From: a bacterium
GTDB taxonomy: Archaea > Thermoplasmatota > E2 > JACPAO01 > JAHFTW01
Length of the DNA stretch: 64,000 nt
Reading direction: 5' to 3'
NCBI GenBank assembly: GCA_040390065.1
Contig: JAZJZE010000011.1
Span: 128,001 to 192,000 of the forward strand
A program made the translations under genes and the position numbers. Under the pieces are notes generated by a model, which saw nothing but the letters and a program-made list of their open reading frames with translations, was not told the DNA's origin and did no database searches. The stretch's first letter is position 1. Each line of letters starts with the position of its first letter. Positions 1 through 9,767 of the stretch are shown piece by piece.

Positions 1-1061
1 AGGGTCGCATAGAGGAACGCGGCCCATGCCACGGGCTCGTTCTGGATGGATGCCGCGATCACGGTCACTGGGCTGAGGTAGGCAACCGGCGGGAGCGCGG
101 TGAAGACAGCCGGCAGGAAGAGGAACGTGCTGAAGAGCGTCGTCGTGCCGGTGAGCAGGAAAGTCAGTTCGCGGGGGCTGCGGGCGACGTTGCCAAGGAC
201 GAGCGCCGCGACGAGCACGAACGCAACGATGGGCAGGGCCGCAAGCCAGCCGATGCCGGTGGCGCCGATGGCAAGGCTCGAGGCGACGTAGACAATGGCA
301 GCGGCGACGACGTAAGGCAGCGACCGGCCGACCAGGACGGCGCCGGGGGACATGGGAGCCGTCAGCACGAGGAGGCCGCGGTGGCGCACCCGTTCGGAGA
401 GAAGGGAGCCGGCAAACAACTGCGCCAGGAAATTCATCGGGATGAGGTACGCGAACGTCAGAAGCAGGCTGCGGACGGGGAACGGTGGCTGGATGTCCCC
501 GGGGCGAAGCCCGGTTTGTTGGTGGGCGGTGCCGCGCGTCTCGTTGACAAGCGATGCCGGAAGCGACGGCGTCGTCGCTTGGACCGGGCCAGTCGCCGCG
601 GGAGGCGATGGGGCCGTCAGGTCGCGCGGTTGGTACGCGAGATTCACGGCAACGGGAAACGCCGCGGCCTGGTCGGATTCCTGGTCGAGGCGGGATTCCT
701 GCCAGCGCAGCGCGGCGTCGTGCAGCTCCTGCGCCGCGGCGCGGCTGGCTGGATCGTCGCGGTCGAAGTCGAACGACGTTCCCGACAGGATCAGAAGGGG
801 GCGCTCTCCGGCGGCAGCGAGGCGAAAACGCCCGTCGGACATTGCGGCGGGCCCGAGCTCTGCCCCGGGCCGGATCTCAATCGGGTACAACCCTGCGTCC
901 GGGTGTAGGCCATGCTGCTGCACCGCCGGCCAAGCCAGCGCCAGGACCACGACGGCCGCCACGAGGCCATAGCGCGTGGCGCGGTTCTCGAAGGCGGAGG
1001 CAAGCTGCCGCACTTCGTGGCGCGCAACGGCCAGGACGGCCCCGCCGGTGCCTCTGCCCAC
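1..1061 (-). CDS. ABC-2 type transporter permease (3' end runs off the window)
   Basis: Not in the ORF track because it has no stop in the window. Manual translation from GTG at 1061, directly after the ATPase stop, gives MGRGTGGAVLAVARHEVRQL...PMNFLAQLFAGSLLSER...LTAPMS...GRSLPY. Multiple hydrophobic segments; the same frame reads sensibly at position 1. Confidence 0.85.
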   Translation of the reverse strand, partial: MGRGTGGAVLAVARHEVRQLASAFENRATRYGLVAAVVVLALAWPAVQQHGLHPDAGLYPIEIRPGAELGPAAMSDGRFRLAAAGERPLLILSGTSFDFDRDDPASRAAAQELHDAALRWQESRLDQESDQAAAFPVAVNLAYQPRDLTAPSPPAATGPVQATTPSLPASLVNETRGTAHQQTGLRPGDIQPPFPVRSLLLTFAYLIPMNFLAQLFAGSLLSERVRHRGLLVLTAPMSPGAVLVGRSLPYVVAAAIVYVASSLAIGATGIGWLAALPIVAFVLVAALVLGNVARSPRELTFLLTGTTTLFSTFLFLPAVFTALPPVAYLSPVTVIAASIQNEPVAWAAFLYAT

Positions 1062-1931
1062 CTATGCCTCCGCGGCGCGGCGCAGGATCTCGTCGAGTGC
1101 CGGCGGCACGGACTCGAGGTTCACGACCTGGCCGTTGGCGGCGCGGACGGCGGCCATGGCGACCTCGGCAGCGGCCAACCCGTCGAGCAGGCCCGTGTGC
1201 AGCGAGCCGGTTGGTGTGGACGCCGGGAACGCCACCGTGGCGTGCAGGCGGTAGCGGTGCGTCCCCCACTGCGCCCGCAGTTCCGACAACGTGCCGCGGG
1301 CCACGACGCGGCCAGCGTGCAGCAGGATGATGTCGTCGCACAACTCCTCCACCTGGGTCAGGTTGTGGGCCGACAGGAGGATTGCCTTGCCTTGCTGGCG
1401 AAGTTCCATGAGGAATGCGTCGAGTTCGCGGCGCGTCACGGGGTCGAGGCCACTTGCGGGCTCGTCCAGCAGCAGGACGGCGGGGTCGTGCAGGAGGGCG
1501 CGGGCGATGGCGACCTTGCGGGCCGATCCCTTGGACAGGTTGCCGATGGGCTTGCCCCAATGCTCCCTTGCCAGCTGCAGTGAGGTGAGCAGGGCCTCGG
1601 CGCGCTCGGCGGCGGCGTGCTTCGGCATGGAGTAGAGGCGTGCAAAGAACGCCAGGTAGGCGCGGGGCGTCTGGTCTTCGTACAGGGGCGAATCTTCGGG
1701 CAGAAAGCCGATGGAGGAACGCACCGGCGGATGCAGCGTGCTCGCCCCCCCGAGCGTTGCGGTCCCAGCCGTCGGTTCGAGCACGCCGCAGAGCATCTTC
1801 AGCACAGTCGTCTTGCCGGCGCCGTTGTTGCCGACGAGTCCCACGATGCGGCCGGGGCGGACTGCGGCGTCGAAGCGCTCGACTGCGACGGCTTTCCCGT
1901 ACGACTTGGCCAGCCCCGAAGCGACGAGCAC
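1062..1931 (-). CDS. ABC transporter ATP-binding protein (exporter type)
   Basis: Walker A GNNGAGKTT, signature LSKG, Walker B LLLDEP, H-loop SAH. Confidence 0.95.
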   Translation of the reverse strand: MLVASGLAKSYGKAVAVERFDAAVRPGRIVGLVGNNGAGKTTVLKMLCGVLEPTAGTATLGGASTLHPPVRSSIGFLPEDSPLYEDQTPRAYLAFFARLYSMPKHAAAERAEALLTSLQLAREHWGKPIGNLSKGSARKVAIARALLHDPAVLLLDEPASGLDPVTRRELDAFLMELRQQGKAILLSAHNLTQVEELCDDIILLHAGRVVARGTLSELRAQWGTHRYRLHATVAFPASTPTGSLHTGLLDGLAAAEVAMAAVRAANGQVVNLESVPPALDEILRRAAEA

Positions 1932-1979
1932 GGCAGGGCCACCGGCCGCGGCGTTATGACGGTGGCGGGAGGGTTCCGG

Positions 1980-2438
1980 CTACTTCTCCACGACCCACTC
2001 GAACACCTTGTACGGCGTCTCGGCCATGCCGTGCCCCCGGTACGCGCGCAGCGCCTGGTCATTGTGGCCCGCGACGTAGAGGCGGATGGAGCGCACGTTG
2101 CCGGCGGCGCGTGCTGCGTCCTGCACCGCCCTGTAGAGTGCCGAGTAGACGTGCTGGCCGCGGTGGTCCGGTGCCACGTACACGGATTGGATCCACCAGT
2201 ACCACGCGTCGTGCCAATCGGACCACTCGAAGGTCACGTACGTGGAGCCCACGATTCGGCCGCCATGCTCCGCCACGAAGACGCGGCCCTTGCCGGCGTC
2301 GGCCAGGAGCGTATCCGTGCCGCGTCGGACGGTGGCGGCGTCGAGCTGCATGCCCTCGGATTCGCTGGCCATGGCGATCGTGTTGCGGGTCAACGAGGGC
2401 GCGTCGGCGTGCGTCGCGGCCCGGACCAGGATGGCCAT
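1980..2438 (-). CDS. GNAT family N-acetyltransferase
   Basis: WWIQSVYVAPDHRGQHVY acetyl-CoA-binding motif; RLYV..N..A..AY...GM. Confidence 0.9.
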   Translation of the reverse strand: MAILVRAATHADAPSLTRNTIAMASESEGMQLDAATVRRGTDTLLADAGKGRVFVAEHGGRIVGSTYVTFEWSDWHDAWYWWIQSVYVAPDHRGQHVYSALYRAVQDAARAAGNVRSIRLYVAGHNDQALRAYRGHGMAETPYKVFEWVVEK

Positions 2439-2480
2439 ACGGCGGCCACAGGGCTCACGCTCTTGGATTTACGGGTTGAC

Positions 2481-2510
2481 GAGAAGGGAAGGAAAAGGGG
2501 GAAAAGATGG
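2481..2510 (-). terminator. Pyrimidine-rich archaeal-type terminator tract downstream of the CxxC-x17-CxxC gene
   Basis: Minus strand reads CCATCTTTTCCCCCTTTTCCTTCCCTTCTC, ~45 nt after the stop at 2556. Confidence 0.45.
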
Positions 2511-2555
2511 ACTTGGACCTTGCGGGCCAGCCCACGGTCCTGTAGACCCGCGCGG

Positions 2556-2888
2556 TTAGCGGGGGCCGGCAGAGCCGCGGAAGCAGTCGCGGCAGAACAC
2601 GTCGCGGCCCGGGGTGGGCTTGAACGGAACTTGCGTCTGCGTGCCACAGCGGGAGCACGTAGCGTCGAACATGGGGCGGTCTGCCCCACGGTCGCCGCCG
2701 GCGCCACCGGACGGGCCGCCGAAGCTGCGGGGGCCACGGGGGCCGGCGCCGGCTGGGCGGTCCTTGCTGAAGCACTCCCGGCACTTGACGGGTCGGGTAC
2801 CCGTCGGCTTGAACGGGACGGTTGTCTGCTTGCCGCATTCGGCGCAGACCACATCAAACTCTTCGCGCGGTGCGCGATTCTCGTACAT
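2556..2888 (-). CDS. Tandem CxxC-x17-CxxC zinc-ribbon protein
   Basis: Two copies of CxxCG....VPFKP....V.CR.CF separated by a Gly/Arg-rich linker; AAGGAG upstream of ATG 2888. Confidence 0.9.
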   Translation of the reverse strand: MYENRAPREEFDVVCAECGKQTTVPFKPTGTRPVKCRECFSKDRPAGAGPRGPRSFGGPSGGAGGDRGADRPMFDATCSRCGTQTQVPFKPTPGRDVFCRDCFRGSAGPR

Positions 2889-3051
2889 TCTAATTTCTCC
2901 TTTATGGAGGGACACGCGGGCCCCTCACGGTTTGTCCCACGAACCCCCCCTATTTAGAGACGGCTGTTCGGGAGAGTGGCCCTCCTTCGGGGCGTTTTCC
3001 TCCGAGAACGCCACGCCAAACCCCAAATGCTGGCGCCCTGTGGCCGGCGCG

Positions 3052-4443
3052 ATGCGCGTTGCAATCCTGTTCGCAGGCATTCTCGTCCTTGGGGTCCTCG
3101 CCGGGTGCTCGACGCCCGCACAGCCCCCGCCCCCGGCGCCGCCGGCCCCCGCACCCATCCTGATCGGCGAGGGCGACCTCCGGCTGCCCGTGTCCTTGGG
3201 CCCGCTACGCCAAGGCGACATCCCCTCTTTTCCCATTTTCGCCGACCGCCCGACGAACATGACCGGCCCCGGCTCGTCGCACCGCGAGACCAGCCTTGCC
3301 GTCTCCCCGGCTGACACGCGCGTCGTCCTCGCCTGCGACCCATCCGGCGTGCCGAACGTCTCGGGCGGCCAATCCTACTTCTATCTCTCGACCGACAACG
3401 GCACCAAGTGGACCGACCTCAAGGTGGAAGGCACGACAGATCCCCGGCGTGCGACCTTCGAGGGCGGCGACTGCGACGTCGCCATCGACGCCGCCGGCAC
3501 TCTCTACACGGCCGACACTTGGCTGGGCGACCTCTCCATCGGCTCGAGCAAGGACAACGGCAACACCTGGACCGTCGGCAACGCCGCCGCTGGCACGGCG
3601 CCAGTCATCGACCGGCCGTGGATCGTCGGCGGCCCGGCTGGAACGTTGTACCTCACGTACCAGGATGTCCAGTTCGGCATGCCGAGCCTCATCTGGTTCA
3701 CGAAGTCGACGGACTATGGGCTGACGTTCCTTCCCGCGGTCCCCGTCGCGACCGCCACGGCCGACGGCCCTTACACGTGGGAAGGCAACTTCGCGCCGTC
3801 CGCCGACGGCACGGACCTCTACTCCGTGTACACGCGGCGTGAGACTGGCGTCGTGGGCTCCCCCGTCGCGTCCGATGCGGAATCGGTCTTCGTCTCGGCC
3901 AGCCACGATGGCGGGCTGTCATGGACGAGCCACCTCGTGTCGAAGCGCACGGTCTCGGCGAGCTACCTGTACCCGTCCATCGGCCTCGATGCCGGCGGCC
4001 AACTGCACGTCGTCTTCTCGCAGGCCACGGAAAATGGCCAGCCCATCTGGTACAGCACGAGCAAGGACCAGGGGGTCGCGTGGAGCGAACCGATTCCCCT
4101 CGTGCCGGGCACTGTCGGCTTTTCGCCGTGGATTGCCGGAGGCCAGGCCGGCCAGGCGTTCGCGATCTGGGAGGCGTCCCCCGACGGCGGGGCGACCTTC
4201 GGCAATGACGCGGACTGGTACCTCTACTGGGCGCGCATCTCCAACGGCACCATCATCACCGGCACGACGACGGCCGCGCCTGTGTTCCACGGCAAGCAGT
4301 CGGTGGGCTTTGCGGAGTTTGATACGGTCCGCCTCGACAAGGACGGCTTTGCTCACATCGGCGCGTCCATGCCGCAGGGCAAGGCCAACAACGTGCACTG
4401 GCAGGCAATGTATCAGCGCCAAGCCCTTGGCCCGCCGACATAA
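3052..4443 (+). CDS. Lipoprotein with BNR/Asp-box (sialidase-like) beta-propeller
   Basis: Lipobox LAGC; Asp boxes STDNGTKW, SKDNGNTW, STDYGLTF, SHDGGLSW, SKDQGVAW. Confidence 0.85.
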   Translation: MRVAILFAGILVLGVLAGCSTPAQPPPPAPPAPAPILIGEGDLRLPVSLGPLRQGDIPSFPIFADRPTNMTGPGSSHRETSLAVSPADTRVVLACDPSGVPNVSGGQSYFYLSTDNGTKWTDLKVEGTTDPRRATFEGGDCDVAIDAAGTLYTADTWLGDLSIGSSKDNGNTWTVGNAAAGTAPVIDRPWIVGGPAGTLYLTYQDVQFGMPSLIWFTKSTDYGLTFLPAVPVATATADGPYTWEGNFAPSADGTDLYSVYTRRETGVVGSPVASDAESVFVSASHDGGLSWTSHLVSKRTVSASYLYPSIGLDAGGQLHVVFSQATENGQPIWYSTSKDQGVAWSEPIPLVPGTVGFSPWIAGGQAGQAFAIWEASPDGGATFGNDADWYLYWARISNGTIITGTTTAAPVFHGKQSVGFAEFDTVRLDKDGFAHIGASMPQGKANNVHWQAMYQRQALGPPT

Positions 4444-4485
4444 AGTGCCCGAAAGCATTAATGGGCGCGAAGTCCACGGCCGGAC

Positions 4486-5922
4486 GTGGTCGCCCGAGGC
4501 ATCGCCATCGCGCTCCTTGTCCTGCTAGCCGCCGGGTGCTCTGGCCCCGCCGCAAAACCATCCTCGGTCCTGCTTGACGAGTCATCCACGTCGACCACGG
4601 CGCCGCCGGACCCCCGCATCCCCACGCAGGAGCCGACGCAGCCGCAGCCCACGCCGACGACGAGCTCGTCGTCCTCGAACGAGCCCACATCCACCACGAC
4701 CACGTCGACGCAGCCGACCGGCTTGCCCCCGGCGCCGGTGTATCCGGGCTTCCCCGATGCCGTGACCCCGATCACGCAGTCCGGCAGCCTGCACGAGACG
4801 TCGCTTGCAATCGCGCCGGACGGCCAGACGCTCCTGAGTTGCGACGCCCAGGACCACGGCACGAATGGCGGTGTGCCCGCGGGATACCACGTCTCGAACG
4901 ACGCCGGCAAGACCTGGAAGAACGTGCTGGAACCCCCGGCCGCGGCCGACCCGCGCTCCCTCATGGCGTCGCGCGGCAACGACTGCGACGTGGCCGTCGA
5001 CGCGGCTGGTACGCTCTACGCCGCCGACGCATGGCAGGACGGAGTCGCCATCTCACGAAGCACCGACGGCGGCGCCACCTGGACCCTTGCGCAGTCGCTG
5101 GCCGGGGTCGATCCTGCTGCCGCCGCGGCGTCGGGCGGGACGACCGTGTATGAGAGGCCCTGGCTCGCGGCCGGGGCCACCGGCCACGTCGACCTCGTCG
5201 TGCGGACGTACGTTCCCTTCGTTCGGTCCGATGTGCTGTTCGCGAGGTCGACGGACAGTGGTTCCACGTTCACGACGCCAGTCATGGTGGCGACGGGGTC
5301 CGTCGTGGCGGGTGCGCCGGCCGTGTCGCCGGACGGTTCGCACATCTGGGTGCCGTACCATGAATTCTCGTCCGCTGCGTCCTTGATGCGCGTCGCGGCC
5401 AGCACCGATGGCGGCAAGACGTGGACCCCCAGCACGGCCACCAGCCCTGGCCAGGCCTCGAGCAAGTTCCCGTCCCTCGGCATCGATGCGGGCGGCGGCC
5501 TGCACCTCGTCGACGCGCAGATGGTCGGCGCGGTGTCCAAGGTGGTCTACTGGCATTCGACGGATGCTGGCACCTCGTGGACGGCGCCTGCCATCCTGTC
5601 CGGTCCCGTGGCCGCATTGTCCCCGTGGGTTGCCGGCGGCAAAGGCGGCCAGGCGGCCGTGGCATGGTTCGGCGCCTACGCCGGAGCAGCGCATCCAACC
5701 GACCGCTACCTGTTCTGGGCCCGCATCACGGCGGACGGCGTGCAGTCAGCGACGACGACCACGGCACCCGTCTATTCCGGCAGCCAACCTGCGCCGCCCG
5801 AGTTCGGAGTCATTCGCCTCGATGCGGCCGGCCACATGCGATTCGGCTACTCGGTGCCCGCCGGGACGACGACCGGCTGGCAGTCGGTGTACCAAGCCCA
5901 ATCGGCAGGGCCGGCAACGTAG
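4486..5922 (+). CDS. Lipoprotein with BNR/Asp-box beta-propeller, paralog of the upstream gene
   Basis: Lipobox AAGC; Ser/Thr/Pro linker; Asp boxes SNDAGKTW, STDGGATW, STDSGSTF, STDGGKTW, STDAGTSW; shares ETSLA, DCDVA.DAAGTLY.AD.W and LFWARI-type motifs with the upstream gene. Confidence 0.85.
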   Translation: MVARGIAIALLVLLAAGCSGPAAKPSSVLLDESSTSTTAPPDPRIPTQEPTQPQPTPTTSSSSSNEPTSTTTTSTQPTGLPPAPVYPGFPDAVTPITQSGSLHETSLAIAPDGQTLLSCDAQDHGTNGGVPAGYHVSNDAGKTWKNVLEPPAAADPRSLMASRGNDCDVAVDAAGTLYAADAWQDGVAISRSTDGGATWTLAQSLAGVDPAAAAASGGTTVYERPWLAAGATGHVDLVVRTYVPFVRSDVLFARSTDSGSTFTTPVMVATGSVVAGAPAVSPDGSHIWVPYHEFSSAASLMRVAASTDGGKTWTPSTATSPGQASSKFPSLGIDAGGGLHLVDAQMVGAVSKVVYWHSTDAGTSWTAPAILSGPVAALSPWVAGGKGGQAAVAWFGAYAGAAHPTDRYLFWARITADGVQSATTTTAPVYSGSQPAPPEFGVIRLDAAGHMRFGYSVPAGTTTGWQSVYQAQSAGPAT

Positions 5923-5998
5923 GCCCTTCGGCCGCGGCAACCTTCGACAGACGGGAACCGGGGCCGACGCTTTTACGCGGGCACCCTCATGGCGCCGC

Positions 5999-6232
5999 AT
6001 GCGCCTGCTGCTTGTCGCCGCATTCGCCTTTGTCACCCTGACCGCCCTCGCCGCGACGTCGTCCGCCTCCGGGCCGGGGACGGGCGGATGCACGTACACC
6101 CACTACGTCGACCCCGACTCCGGGTACATCTACGTGCGCCAGGATTGCCAGAGCGGCATCACGGTGTGCCACACGGAAGTCTCGGGCGGCGGCGGCCAGC
6201 CCTTCAACGTCGACCGCCAGTGCTACTACTAG
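5999..6232 (+). CDS. Small secreted Cys-rich protein (77 aa, 4 Cys)
   Basis: MRLLLVAAFAFVTLTALAATSSA signal peptide followed by a compact mature region with 4 Cys. Confidence 0.7.
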   Translation: MRLLLVAAFAFVTLTALAATSSASGPGTGGCTYTHYVDPDSGYIYVRQDCQSGITVCHTEVSGGGGQPFNVDRQCYY

Positions 6233-6240
6233 GTGACCTC

Positions 6241-6510
6241 ATGCGCTTGTTCCTTGCCGCCCTCCTCCTCGTCACCGTCATCGCCGCGTTGCCTCCGGCC
6301 CATGCCGCCAGCGGTCCCACGAACCCTTGCACGACGGGCATCGCAGGATCTTGGTGCACCGTCGGCGCGGCCGACTGCACCGCGACCGTCGGGTACCAGA
6401 CGGCGCCGCAGCAGTACGACTACGCCCGCGTCCACTGCGGTCCTGAACTCTGGGCGCCGTGCACGGTCTACGCCGACACCCGCGGCAACGTCGAGACGTG
6501 TCTCACCTAG
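6241..6510 (+). CDS. Small secreted Cys-rich protein (89 aa, 6 Cys)
   Basis: MRLFLAALLLVTVIAALPPAHA signal peptide; GGTGA SD-like sequence upstream; 6 Cys. Confidence 0.7.
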   Translation: MRLFLAALLLVTVIAALPPAHAASGPTNPCTTGIAGSWCTVGAADCTATVGYQTAPQQYDYARVHCGPELWAPCTVYADTRGNVETCLT

Positions 6511-6556
6511 CGGTCCCTCGTGACGGGGCCGCAGGCCGGAACAACCCGGGCGAGCC

Positions 6557-7429
6557 TCACAACTTGAGGTCGGCCTTGACGAAGCCCGCGATGTCCGTCG
6601 GGAACGTTGCGACCTTGACGCCAGCCGCGGCGAAAGCCTTCAGCTTCGACTCGGCCGTGCCCTTGCCCTTCTCGACGAGGGCGCCCGCGTGCCCCATCTT
6701 CTTTCCTTCTGGCGCGGTGCGGCCGGCGACGTACGCGTAGCACGGCTTCTTGACGTGCTTGGCGATGTATTCGGCTGCCTCCTCCTCGTGGCCGCCGCCA
6801 ATCTCGCCGACGAGCACGATGGCCTTCGTCTCGGGGTCCGCATTGAACAGTTTGACCGCGTCGAGAAGGGTCGTGCCCGGAATCGGGTCGCCGCCGAGGC
6901 CGAGGCATGTGCTCTGGCCGATGCCGGCCTCGCTGAGGGCCGCCACGATCTCGTAGGTCAGCGTTCCCGACTTGGATGCGACGGCGACGGGGCCCTTCTT
7001 GAAGATGGAGCCGGGCAGGATGCCGACCTTGGCGGCTCCGGGCGTGCAGGCGCCGGGACAGTTGGGCCCAATGAGGATGACGCCTTTGGACTTCGCGTAG
7101 TTGACGAATTGGGCGGCGTCGTGGACGGGGATGTGTTCGGTGATGACGATGACGACCTTGCAGCCGGCGTCGACGGCTTCGATGACGGCGTCCTTGGCGT
7201 ACGCGGCTGGCACGAAGATGAGGCTGGTGTTGGCCTGCACCTTCTCGACGGCTTCGCGAACCGTGTCGAAGACTGGCACGTCATGCACCTTCTCGCCGCC
7301 CTTTCCGGGCGTGACGCCAGCCACGACGTTGGTGCCGAACTGCTTCATCTGGCCGATGTGGAACTGGCCCTGGTACCCCGTCGCGCCCTGGACGACGACG
7401 CGCGTGTTCTGGTCGAGGACGACTGCCAT
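6557..7429 (-). CDS. sucD: Succinyl-CoA synthetase alpha subunit
   Basis: VVVQGATG, GVTPGKGG, IGPNCPG, SKSGTLTYE, phospho-His motif MGHAGA. Confidence 0.97.
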   Translation of the reverse strand: MAVVLDQNTRVVVQGATGYQGQFHIGQMKQFGTNVVAGVTPGKGGEKVHDVPVFDTVREAVEKVQANTSLIFVPAAYAKDAVIEAVDAGCKVVIVITEHIPVHDAAQFVNYAKSKGVILIGPNCPGACTPGAAKVGILPGSIFKKGPVAVASKSGTLTYEIVAALSEAGIGQSTCLGLGGDPIPGTTLLDAVKLFNADPETKAIVLVGEIGGGHEEEAAEYIAKHVKKPCYAYVAGRTAPEGKKMGHAGALVEKGKGTAESKLKAFAAAGVKVATFPTDIAGFVKADLKL

Positions 7430-7486
7430 CGTGTCGGCGACAAAGGGCCGGGATAAGGGGTTTCCCCTCGTGTGGCGGGAACGCGA

Positions 7487-9670
7487 CTACCCGATGGACG
7501 TGATCGTGACCGTCCAGTCCAGCGTCTTGCCGGCAAGCACCGGGCCGCTGAAGCCATACGCAAAGGGCGGCGGGATCGTGATGGTCGCCGTTTCACCGAC
7601 GGCCAAGCCCCGCACCCCGCTGTCGTACCCCGCGACGGCCTGGCCCGACGCCACCGTCATGGGGAAGTCGCCTTCCTGGATCATCTCGCCGGAGAAATGG
7701 TCATGCAAGATGTAGTGGGTAGCCACCTTGTCGCCGGCCACGACCACCGCGCCGCGCTGGGCGTGGACGTGGAACGTGAAAGGGAGGGGCTCCAGCCCCG
7801 TGACCCGCAGCTCTGCTTGCACGGTGGCTTCCGGCTGCGAGGAGGGAATCGTCAACGTCACCATCGTGGAGATCCAGTCCGTGCGCGGCTGGCCGGCGTG
7901 CCCGCCTGTCGTCCCGTATGCCTCGAAGCGGCCACCTGGCGTCGCGAAGCTGACTTGCCATCCCGTCGGCAGGGCTGCGCCGTCGACGCCGGTGATGGTC
8001 CACTGGTAGGAGTAAGGCCGGTCCCCTGCGTTGCGCGCCCAAACGAACATCTGGTCCGTATTGGACCGCACGTCCCACTCCCCAGGTGTCGCCAGGCCAA
8101 CGACATTGGGTGTCCCGTAGATGCAACCCGACGGCGCCGGCGGGTCCGGCTGACACGGGCCGTACGGGTCGGTCTGACAGGCGTCGCCGACGCCGTCGGC
8201 ATCCGAGTCGAGCTGGTCCGGGTTGGGCAGCGTGGGGCAGTTGTCGAGGAACGTGGCGGATGAGCCGCTGTTGGGCACACCGTCGCCATCCGCATCGAGG
8301 TCGCAGAGGTCGCCTACCCCGTCGCCGTCGCCGTCGAACTGGTCGGAGTTGGCGATGCTGGGGCAGTTGTCCGCGGCGTCGGGGATGCCGTCGTGGTCCG
8401 CGTCGACGTCACGAAGCACCATGGTCGTCGCGCCGGGGGGGAGCAGGTTGCCGGCCGGTCGCCAGTCCACCCGGTTCAAGACGACGGTCTTCCCGGCGGC
8501 GTTGATTGCGTCCGCCACGTCGAAGCCCGCAACCAGGGCACCGAAGACGGCGTAACCGGTCTCGTCGACCCGCCGGTCCGGGCACGTGCTGATCGACGGG
8601 GCGTCGAGGAAGCAGTTGTCTGCCGCATTGATGTAGAACTCGGAGGTCCCGCTGTCCGGGTCCATCACGCGCGCAACGGCTAGCGTGTACTTCTTGTTGG
8701 CAAGGCCGGACGTGGCCGCCTCGTTGGCGACGGGTGCGTGGGTGCGCCCGGTCTTCGCCGCGCTGCCCGCGCCCTCGCCGCCGCACTGCGTGACGAAGTC
8801 CACGACGACGCGGTAGCACTGCTGGCCCGTGTAGTAGCCCTCGGTCGCGTACTGGATGAAGTTCGCCGTTGACGCGGGCGCCTTGTCGTCGAAGAGCTCG
8901 GCGACCATGCACCCGGCGGCGGTGTCGATGGCCACCAGACTGTGCTGCGGGTCCGACACTGGCAGGTCGGCGACGTCGATGCCGCACGGACCTGGGATGG
9001 CGATACAATGGTCCCTGCCGCCCATGGCCTGCAGGACGATGACGCATCCGGCCCCGTCGCCGGCGGTCACGTCCGGCGCGGTCGACGGCGCCGACGCCGC
9101 ACTGCTGTCCGAGGCGCCGCTCGTCTTGGCGGGCCCGGTGATAGCCACCACGCCGCCGCCGATTCCGGCCAGCAGGAGCATGGCGCATGCGGCGTAGCCG
9201 AGAGCCATTCCCGCCGTCGCCCGGCCGGTGCGGCGCGGTGCGCTGCCCGTGCGGCGAGCCTTGTGGCCGAAGAGGATGGCCAGCACGGCGAGGGCGAGGA
9301 CGGCCGCGCCCGCGAGGCCGCCGACGAGCCACGCCTGTGTCTGCCAGAGGAAGCCTGCCGTGGCGCCGGCGGCTGCCAGGACGACCGCGCAGAGACCGAG
9401 AAGGAGAGGTGCAAGCCCGGCCGGGCGGGTCGCTGCGCTTGCGCTCGCGCGCGTGGGGCGGGACGGAACTTCCTCGAAGGCCATCTCCATCGGGACCTCC
9501 TCGAAGGCGGCTGGCGCGGCGGGCGGCGGCGCAACTGGTGCGACGACGCGGGGCGCCGGAGTGGAGGCCATGGCTGGCCGCCCCGTGTTGCGGCAGCGCG
9601 GGCAGACGAGTTTCCCCGCGGCGTCGCGAGCGGGCGTGACCTGGGACCTGCAGAACGGGCAGACAACCAC
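7487..9670 (-). CDS. Membrane-anchored multidomain PPIase: Zn ribbon + TM + cyclophilin + TSP type-3 repeats + FKBP
   Basis: CPFC/CPRC; three hydrophobic helices; [33 protein letters not shown] (cyclophilin); [27 protein letters not shown] (TSP3); GDKV..HY..G.AVGET..I.IPP..AYG (FKBP). Confidence 0.85.
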   Translation of the reverse strand: MVVCPFCRSQVTPARDAAGKLVCPRCRNTGRPAMASTPAPRVVAPVAPPPAAPAAFEEVPMEMAFEEVPSRPTRASASAATRPAGLAPLLLGLCAVVLAAAGATAGFLWQTQAWLVGGLAGAAVLALAVLAILFGHKARRTGSAPRRTGRATAGMALGYAACAMLLLAGIGGGVVAITGPAKTSGASDSSAASAPSTAPDVTAGDGAGCVIVLQAMGGRDHCIAIPGPCGIDVADLPVSDPQHSLVAIDTAAGCMVAELFDDKAPASTANFIQYATEGYYTGQQCYRVVVDFVTQCGGEGAGSAAKTGRTHAPVANEAATSGLANKKYTLAVARVMDPDSGTSEFYINAADNCFLDAPSISTCPDRRVDETGYAVFGALVAGFDVADAINAAGKTVVLNRVDWRPAGNLLPPGATTMVLRDVDADHDGIPDAADNCPSIANSDQFDGDGDGVGDLCDLDADGDGVPNSGSSATFLDNCPTLPNPDQLDSDADGVGDACQTDPYGPCQPDPPAPSGCIYGTPNVVGLATPGEWDVRSNTDQMFVWARNAGDRPYSYQWTITGVDGAALPTGWQVSFATPGGRFEAYGTTGGHAGQPRTDWISTMVTLTIPSSQPEATVQAELRVTGLEPLPFTFHVHAQRGAVVVAGDKVATHYILHDHFSGEMIQEGDFPMTVASGQAVAGYDSGVRGLAVGETATITIPPPFAYGFSGPVLAGKTLDWTVTITSIG

Positions 9671-9767
9671 AAACGACCAGTCGGAGGGGGGGACTTAGAG
9701 ATTGTCGCGGGGTTCGCTGGGTGCCGGCCTGCACCAGGGCCAGGTCCAACGAGGCAAGAACGCTCGC

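Noticed and set aside
100-1583. Several plus-strand ORFs at the window start
   Set aside because: The real genes are the minus-strand ABC permease and ATPase.
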